Below, piece after piece: positions 58,244 through 64,000 of a DNA stretch of 64,000 bases. The notes under the pieces are model-generated. The model was given only the letters and a program-made list of their open reading frames with translations, made no database searches and was not told where the DNA came from. Source of the DNA: an uncultured Gammaproteobacteria bacterium (lineage in GTDB: Bacteria; Patescibacteriota; Microgenomatia; UBA8517). The stretch's first letter is position 1. Every line of letters starts with the position of its first letter. A program made the translations under genes and the position numbers. The stretch is from contig CAZOVJ010000001.1 of the NCBI GenBank assembly GCA_964583685.1, positions 132,033 through 196,032 on the forward strand, read 5' to 3'.

Positions 58244-58253
58244 GGGCCCTTAT
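58233..58253 (-). repeat. Partial duplicate of the tRNA-Ala 5' end (positions -4 to +17), 20/21 nt identical to 57599..57619
   Basis: aactgTgccacgggcccttat here versus aactgCgccacgggcccttat at the genuine tRNA. No remaining cloverleaf follows. Confidence 0.7.
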
Positions 58254-58266
58254 AAACAATTTAATA

Positions 58267-58914
58267 TTATTTTAATCGCTGAGTATGGATACCACACTCA
58301 CCCATGGATTTACTTGTTCCCATCCACCTTCCTGCTCTTTCTGGTTCTTTTTCACTTTTCTCTTTTTGTGAGCAGGGTTGGCAACCTAAACTTCGATAAC
58401 CCTTTTTATAAAATGGGTGGGTGGGGATTTTGTATATGGCCAAATATCTCCAAATGTCTAACTCCGAAAAATCAAGTATAGGATTAATTTTAACAATATT
58501 GCCTCTTATTTCAATATAGGAGCATTTTTTTCTTGTAGATCCTTCTGATTTTCGTAGGCCGGCAATCCAAGTATCTAGATTTTTGACAGCTTCCTTAGTT
58601 GGTTCGACTTTATAATATTGGCAACAAGCATCAGGGTCGCTTTTCCATAATCCTACTGGACAAGGTTTGGCTTTGTACTCTTTAATCTTCATTTTGTATT
58701 TTTTAATCATTTGCTTTTTGTATTTCGGAGTTTGTTTAAAGAGAAAGGGTGTTGTTATGGTGAATATTGGGATGTCTTTTTTAATCTGCAGACACAAATG
58801 GACCGGAACTATTGAGTCTTTACCAAAAGAGCAGGCAACTGCGAGTCTGGGATACTTCCTAACAGCCCCCTTTATGAGCTTTTTAGCTTGAAGAATTTTT
58901 TCAAGAAAACTCAT
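58267..58914 (-). CDS. APS/PAPS reductase-family protein (CysH-like, with Fe-S cysteine pairs)
   Basis: PP-loop SFGKDS, Cys pairs DACCQYY and GCQPCS, C-terminal ECGIH motif characteristic of CysH-type (P)APS reductases. Confidence 0.65.
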   Translation of the reverse strand: MSFLEKILQAKKLIKGAVRKYPRLAVACSFGKDSIVPVHLCLQIKKDIPIFTITTPFLFKQTPKYKKQMIKKYKMKIKEYKAKPCPVGLWKSDPDACCQYYKVEPTKEAVKNLDTWIAGLRKSEGSTRKKCSYIEIRGNIVKINPILDFSELDIWRYLAIYKIPTHPFYKKGYRSLGCQPCSQKEKSEKEPERAGRWMGTSKSMGECGIHTQRLK

Positions 58915-58927
58915 TGTTTTTTCTTCT

Positions 58928-59004
58928 TGGTGAACCCGAGAGGACTCGAACCTCTGACCTTTCGCACGTCAAGCGAACGCTCTAACCAACTGAGCTACGG
59001 GTTC
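58928..59004 (-). tRNA. tRNA-Val(GAC), CCA encoded
   Basis: GAACCCGTAGCTCAGTTGGTTAGAGCGTTCGCTTGACGTGCGAAAGGTCAGAGGTTCGAGTCCTCTCGGGTTCACCA, anticodon loop TTGACGT. Confidence 0.85.
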
Positions 59005-59053
59005 TCTTCCAACTCATAAATTATAACTTTTTTCTAGGTCTTTCTTCAAGAAT

Positions 59054-59683
59054 CTAACCTGAGGATCGAGTAAGATAATGATCTGGGGCAAGAAGGAATT
59101 TGGCGCCCTGCTTTTTGTAAGTTGCCCAGTAGTTTTTCTTTTTTGCCCTCTTGTTTGTGGCTGACAACCAAATTGCAGCATCTTCAATTCTCTTTCTAAA
59201 ACTGATGATAAATTCAAGTATTTTTTCAAAAAATAAAAGATGGTAAATCCCCGGATTGGCCGGTGTTTGAAGAGTAGCTATTTTAACTTCTTGGGCCAGT
59301 TCGGGAGTTACTTTGGCCAAAGTGGTGATTTCTTCCATGATTGCATGGAGATGAAGTTTTAATTGATTTGTCTCTTGTTCTATTTTTATTTTTTCTTCTT
59401 TTCTTAGTCTCCGTTCAAGAAAAAGTTGTTTCTCAATTTTCTTTTTTTCCTCTACTTCTCCGGAGAGAACTTCATCAACCGCAAGTTGTTCACCTGGAGC
59501 GATTTCTCCTGAAAAACGCTGCCTAGGAGGAAACCCAAATAATTGTCTTTTTATGTTGCGAGGAGTTTCTTTAAAAACATCGGTTTCCAGGGATTTTAAG
59601 GTTGAATTCCCTATATCTTTTATGGCTTCAAGAGGGTTGGCCCTTTGAACTCTTTTTTTACTTTTCTTGCTATTATTGTCCAT
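59054..59683 (-). CDS. Hypothetical protein (209 aa), Lys/Glu-rich coiled coil
   Basis: ORF only. Confidence 0.35.
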   Translation of the reverse strand: MDNNSKKSKKRVQRANPLEAIKDIGNSTLKSLETDVFKETPRNIKRQLFGFPPRQRFSGEIAPGEQLAVDEVLSGEVEEKKKIEKQLFLERRLRKEEKIKIEQETNQLKLHLHAIMEEITTLAKVTPELAQEVKIATLQTPANPGIYHLLFFEKILEFIISFRKRIEDAAIWLSATNKRAKKKNYWATYKKQGAKFLLAPDHYLTRSSG

Positions 59684-59755
59684 CTTTGTAATTACCCGTA
59701 TATACTACAATATAATTTGGAGTTTTGCAATTCTTGCAGCCAAGAGCTTTCCAAG

Positions 59756-60691
59756 CTATAAATTGGCCAATTGTTCAAGGACAGCTTTTCTTTTCAATAC
59801 TGCCCGAATGGTATTTCGCTGCTCTGGTCTCTCAAATTTTTCAGCATCTTTACTGGTCTTTGCGGCAGCCTCAATAATTTCTGTTACTTGCTTTTCTTCA
59901 ATTGCTACCTTTTCAGCATCAGCGATTGCATTTAATATAATTTCTAAGCTAATAGACTGTTTTACTTGCTCCTCATACTCTTGTCTCAGTGTTTCTCCTG
60001 TTTTCCCTGTCGAAGAAAGATAGCTTTCTAAGGATAGGCCTAATTTTTCAATTCGCTGGAGTAGTGAGGCCAGGCGGGCGTTGACCTCTTCGTCAATTAA
60101 AATTTTTGGAAGCCCAATCTTGATTGTCTTGAGTAGGATTTTTATAACCTCTTGTTCTTTTTCCTCTTTACTTAATCCTCGTTTGCCAGCTGGTGAATCT
60201 TTCTTTTTATCCTGTCCTGGTGTCCAGATTGAGGTAGTCCGGAGAGTACCCCGAATTGCCTTTTTATAATCTCCCAGGTTTACTTCCGGAAGTTCGCAGG
60301 TTTTTGCTCTTACTTGCCAGGTACCATTCTTTTTTATCAGTTCAAATTTTGGATACATTGCCGGCCGGATTTTGTGTTCTCTTATTGCTTGACTGAAGGC
60401 CCTAGGTAAGATTCGGACCAGGGTTTTTTCCCTTAAAGTGGCCTCGGGTATTTGCGAACGAACTTTATTTAAGGGTGCTTTCCCTTTTCTAAAACCAGAG
60501 ATAGAGGTTTCTTTGGCTAAATTTTCTAAAACTTTTCCTTCTTCTTCCTCGATTAGGGAAACAGGGATAGTAAAATTAATCTCTAAGCTTCTATCACTGC
60601 TTCTGGCTAGAGTAGAGGTTATTTTTTGTTTATCTGTTTTTTTGGCCTTCATGTTTGATAAAAATAAGCCGCCGTAGGCGGAACTGAGCAA
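59756..60691 (-). CDS. tig: Trigger factor (short form, apparently without PPIase domain)
   Basis: N-terminal ribosome-binding signature GFRKGKAP and a helical C-terminal domain. 311 aa. Confidence 0.65.
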   Translation of the reverse strand: MLSSAYGGLFLSNMKAKKTDKQKITSTLARSSDRSLEINFTIPVSLIEEEEGKVLENLAKETSISGFRKGKAPLNKVRSQIPEATLREKTLVRILPRAFSQAIREHKIRPAMYPKFELIKKNGTWQVRAKTCELPEVNLGDYKKAIRGTLRTTSIWTPGQDKKKDSPAGKRGLSKEEKEQEVIKILLKTIKIGLPKILIDEEVNARLASLLQRIEKLGLSLESYLSSTGKTGETLRQEYEEQVKQSISLEIILNAIADAEKVAIEEKQVTEIIEAAAKTSKDAEKFERPEQRNTIRAVLKRKAVLEQLANL

Positions 60692-60736
60692 TTATAGCAT
60701 TTTTTGCAATTTTTTAGCGATATTTCTTCTTCCGGC

Positions 60737-61075
60737 CTATTCTGAGGCAAGCCTGTGGAGGAAGCAGGAAACCAACGAGAGAACAATTGAGGCAATAACT
60801 GCCGTTAAGAATCCTGAAATCTCAAATCCGGGTACAACAATACTCACCGCCCAAAGAAGTAAAACATTAATAATAAAGGCAGAAATTCCGAAAGTCAGAA
60901 TTGAGATGGGTAAGGCAATTAATTGAAGAAGCGGGCGGATAAAGGTATTTGCAGTTCCGATAACAATGGCCGCCACAATGGCCGCCTGTATGTTACTCAA
61001 AGTAAATCCCGGAACTAAATATTCAACTATAAAAAGAGCAAAGACATTAATGGCTAATCTAATTAGCAAATGCAT
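60737..61075 (-). CDS. Small membrane protein (DUF360/YvlD-like, 4 TM)
   Basis: 112 aa, four hydrophobic helices. Confidence 0.45.
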   Translation of the reverse strand: MHLLIRLAINVFALFIVEYLVPGFTLSNIQAAIVAAIVIGTANTFIRPLLQLIALPISILTFGISAFIINVLLLWAVSIVVPGFEISGFLTAVIASIVLSLVSCFLHRLASE

Positions 61076-61118
61076 TATTTAATGATGTAACAATCTTAGT
61101 TTCCTTGTCAATGAGTAA

Positions 61119-62132
61119 TTATTTGATATGTTTTTTAAAAAACCTCAAATCGCGGCCAACAATCGTATCCCAAGATGGTCGGAGATTATGGTCGGTTCCA
61201 GGATAAGTGAAATAGGTTACTTCTTGCTTTAGATTTCTTAGAGTTTTCACAAGAGTATTACTCCAAGATACTGGCACAGCCTCATCGCTATTTCCCTGAT
61301 GAATTTGGAGAAATGCGACGATTCGGTCAAAGTAATTATCAATTGAAAAAAGATTAACATCATACAACTTTTCAAATTCTGCTAATTCGCGCCTGAGGTA
61401 TTCGCCTTTATCTTCGGCCTCATCAGTATAGTAAAGGATCGAATAAGGAAAGGGTTTTGAAATCGGAGCCCAGAGAGTTGTTGGATAACCCTTGCCCGTA
61501 ATTTCAAGAAGAGCGAGGCTAATTTGTCCTCCATTGGAGTGTCCCCAAAGAAAAATATTGGCTCCATCGAATACTTTAATTGAATGAAGTGAGGCTAATA
61601 GAGCCAAAACGGTAGTCCTTGTTTGGAATCTTGCCTCGAATATATTTTCTGCCTGAGTGTCAGACCCCCCATAGCCTAAAAAGTCAGGAGCGAGAGTGAT
61701 CAGGTCGTTTTTGGCAAAAAATTCCGCCGCCCTTCTAGTGCCTGTTCCGGTTTGATAAGTTTCTTGGTCAACATAGCCCCGGAGCATAACGACTAAGGGG
61801 AAAGGTCCGTCACCAATCGGTAGGTTTAATTGGCCGGTCACTTTCCTCCTTTCTTTTCCTTGTAGCCTGGGGTCAAAATCAAAGGAGAAAAGATAAGAGG
61901 TGAATCCTTCTTTTTCCTCTAGAATTTCTTCGATTTTTATCTCGCCTGCGGCAATCTGTGTTTTCGCCAGGTTCTCAATCGTATACTTTTCCAAAGGCCT
62001 TTGTTTGATAAGGAGAAGAGTGCTTTTTGTTTGATTGCTCTTGCTATTTCTACCAATCCACCAGCCGGCAAGGCCAATACCTAAAATCAAAAGCAACCCA
62101 CCTAAAATCAAACCTAATTTTCTTACCATCTT
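61119..62132 (-). CDS. Alpha/beta hydrolase (S9 prolyl-oligopeptidase/esterase-like), membrane-anchored
   Basis: Nucleophile elbow GHSNGG, downstream Asp/His, N-terminal TM. The start is probably Met33 (62132) rather than 62225. Confidence 0.6.
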   Translation of the reverse strand, partial: KMVRKLGLILGGLLLILGIGLAGWWIGRNSKSNQTKSTLLLIKQRPLEKYTIENLAKTQIAAGEIKIEEILEEKEGFTSYLFSFDFDPRLQGKERRKVTGQLNLPIGDGPFPLVVMLRGYVDQETYQTGTGTRRAAEFFAKNDLITLAPDFLGYGGSDTQAENIFEARFQTRTTVLALLASLHSIKVFDGANIFLWGHSNGGQISLALLEITGKGYPTTLWAPISKPFPYSILYYTDEAEDKGEYLRRELAEFEKLYDVNLFSIDNYFDRIVAFLQIHQGNSDEAVPVSWSNTLVKTLRNLKQEVTYFTYPGTDHNLRPSWDTIVGRDLRFFKKHIK

Positions 62133-62157
62133 GTTTTCTACACTTCCATCTAGGCTA

Positions 62158-63582
62158 CTAGAAAGAAATAATGTTTTGGAAGATAGTGAAAAGACCGAAA
62201 ATGCCAAAAAACAAAAAAGCTCCAACCAGGGCTGAAATTCTTATCAACGAAGGACGAAGAGGTTTTGCCAGACTGGTCAGATTTAACCAGAGAACAAGGC
62301 CGCAATAAAAGAACATGGTTATAGCGTTAAGGACAGCACCAATAATTATTAAGGTTAGGGGCTCACTAAAGCCAAGACTGAAAATAATGATCCCAGCAAA
62401 AATTTGCAGCCATAAAAAAAGATAAAAATAGGTTGGCAATTTTTCTATTCTAAAACGCTTGGGTGAGAGGATGATAAAATTTTCCGACATTATTCGGCTG
62501 GTGGCGTCTAAAACCGAGAATTGAGTTGAGAAAAGCATTAAGCCGGCGATAAGAAGGAAAAGGGAACTTAAGAGGGGAAAAGTTTTTTGGCCGATAATTT
62601 GAGCTTCAGCCATGACAAATCCTATTCCTGAAGTTAATTCTGAATTAGCGAAAACAGTTGAATAGGCAAGTAGACTAAGCATAATCATGGTAAAGGCGCC
62701 AGTTAACCAGAAGACAAGCAAGTGTTCAATATTAATTCTTTTCCACCAAATCTTGAAACGCTTGAGATTTTTAGAATTACACTCAAAACTACTTCCTTCA
62801 AGAGTAATTTTTTCTTTTTTGCCTGTGAGAAGGCTTGTTATCCGGCCTGAAAATTTGCCCATACCATAGCCCTTTTCCTTGATATAGAAGGATTGGGCAA
62901 GATTAAGATTTCCACCGGCTCCGGCATAAGCAAAGGCTCCCAGAAAAGTAGCCAGAGGGATAGCAGCTGGAAGAAACCAGTAAGCCTGCCCGCCGACAGG
63001 TGAGGTTTCACCTTTGCCAATAAGTCCCTGGGCCAGAGTTAGCCAATCAGAGCCTTTGGCCAGAAAAAGCACCAGGATGAAGATAAAAGGAACCCCGATA
63101 AGGATGAGGCTTCTTTGGAACACTTCCTGGGTTTTATAGATGACCGGTCCAAGAGTTAGGGCAATACCTATTAGTAAAAGCAGACAGATAGGGACTATTG
63201 GAGAGTATGAGATTCCTAAAAGGACAACTAGAAGTGTAGCCGAGGAAGCAATAATACCTGGCCACATCCAGGGAATTAGGGTTGAGAGGATAAACCAAAT
63301 CGGGGTTAGGTTTTTAAATTTTCGGGCAAGGCCGACAAAAATACTTTCACCAGTAACCAGGGCATATCTTTCAATCTCCATATTAATAAAGAATTGAAGG
63401 GTTATTCCCAAGACAGCGCCCCAAATTATGCCCAAGCCGAAATTGGCCGAAAGATAGGGCCAAAGGATAAGCTCGCCACTGCCCAACCCCAGTCCCAGGA
63501 GAATAAAGCTTGGCCCCAAAAGTTTTTTAAGCGGTAGAGGTCTGGGTAAATTTCGCTTTTTCAGGGGTGCAAACTTAGACAT
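62158..63582 (-). CDS. Polytopic transporter, NRAMP(MntH)-like
   Basis: 474 aa, about 11 TM helices. The N-terminal region GLGSGELILWPYLSANFGLGIIWGAVLGITLQFFINMEIERYALVTGESI resembles the NRAMP GPG...DPGN...Q...TG segment. Low-confidence family call. Confidence 0.45.
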   Translation of the reverse strand: MSKFAPLKKRNLPRPLPLKKLLGPSFILLGLGLGSGELILWPYLSANFGLGIIWGAVLGITLQFFINMEIERYALVTGESIFVGLARKFKNLTPIWFILSTLIPWMWPGIIASSATLLVVLLGISYSPIVPICLLLLIGIALTLGPVIYKTQEVFQRSLILIGVPFIFILVLFLAKGSDWLTLAQGLIGKGETSPVGGQAYWFLPAAIPLATFLGAFAYAGAGGNLNLAQSFYIKEKGYGMGKFSGRITSLLTGKKEKITLEGSSFECNSKNLKRFKIWWKRINIEHLLVFWLTGAFTMIMLSLLAYSTVFANSELTSGIGFVMAEAQIIGQKTFPLLSSLFLLIAGLMLFSTQFSVLDATSRIMSENFIILSPKRFRIEKLPTYFYLFLWLQIFAGIIIFSLGFSEPLTLIIIGAVLNAITMFFYCGLVLWLNLTSLAKPLRPSLIRISALVGAFLFFGIFGLFTIFQNIISF

Positions 63583-63639
63583 TAACCTAGTTTAGAATCT
63601 TGTTTTTTATTTAGCAAGTAAGATGCATATCTGGAGAAT

Positions 63640-63745
63640 TTTTGCTATAATTTGTTCTCAGGTTCTTTGACATAGGTCAAAATCTACGGCAGAAGCGCCG
63701 TAGTTTATGGCAGTATTGGCTCTTTGTCTCAATTCAAGAAAGGAA
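63640..63745 (+). promoter_or_regulatory. Extended -10 promoter (TGcTATAAT) with downstream TTGAC-N4-GTCAA palindrome and 5'-UTR hairpin
   Basis: tttTGCTATAAT at about 63644-63655. ttgacataggtcaa at about 63666-63679. ctacggcagaagcgccgtag hairpin at about 63686-63705. RBS AAGGAAAG before the ATG at 63746. Confidence 0.35.
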
Positions 63746-64000
63746 AGAAACTACGATGAAGATTCCCAAGCTGGACAGTCGCAATCTGGACACCCTTCCC
63801 TTGATAGAGGGAGTTTGGATGCTCCCTGTTACTGCTGAGGAAGGTGATTGCTACTTAGTCCAGGCGGAAAGCTGGCAGGTTAAGAGCACAGGAAAACCCC
63901 GATTGGACATGGTTCTAGATGCCAACGGTAAGATAGTGGCCTGGGTTCATAACTTGAGCTCGAACGGTGCTCAACCAGCCTGTTATCTCCAACCTCGTAC
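63746..64000 (+). CDS. Hypothetical protein, 5' part only (runs off the window), GC-richer than neighbours
   Basis: ATG with good RBS. MKIPKLDSRNLDTLPLIEGVWMLPVTAEEGDCYLVQAESWQVK... No stop before the window end. Confidence 0.4.

Noticed and set aside
58233-58253. Possible second tRNA gene or tRNA with an intron upstream of tRNA-Ala
   Set aside because: Only the first 17 nt match tRNA-Ala. The following sequence has no D-stem partner, anticodon arm, T-arm or acceptor 3' strand. It is treated as a partial duplicate, not a gene.

Overview
This 64 kb window looks like a Candidate Phyla Radiation (Patescibacteria)-type genome fragment: AT-rich, compact, with short versions of housekeeping genes. 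About 70 protein genes and 3 tRNAs (Leu-CAA, Ala-GGC, Val-GAC) are called.

Housekeeping content: hisS (partial), dnaB, gyrA, gyrB, holB-like, recG, tyrS, pheS, pheT, thrS, infC-rpmI-rplT, rpsP, rpmF, rnc, nusB, tig, ppa, yebC, mltG, a class A PBP, an LCP-family protein and a xerC/D-like recombinase.

The dominant feature is a 13.4 kb type IV pilus locus (29720..43125). It runs pilB-pilT-pilC-pilin-pilD, then six more major-pilin-like paralogs, four minor (tip) pilins, and pilM-pilN-pilO. Several prepilin genes have unusually long leader peptides. These leaders carry GC-rich palindromic elements, tandem cleavage-like motifs and short tandem repeats.

Other notable items:
- A pheM-like Phe-rich leader peptide with an attenuator upstream of pheST.
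- A small islet between tRNA-Val and tRNA-Ala flanked by a 21-nt direct repeat of the tRNA-Ala 5' end. It carries an APS/PAPS-reductase-like gene and an unknown ORF.
- A second possible tRNA-Leu-associated islet.
- A solo Cas4-like nuclease.
- A protein with an EVE domain fused to a nuclease-like domain (candidate modified-DNA sensor).
- A frameshifted pcm gene.
- Two unusually long structured noncoding regions.

No CRISPR array or rRNA genes were seen.
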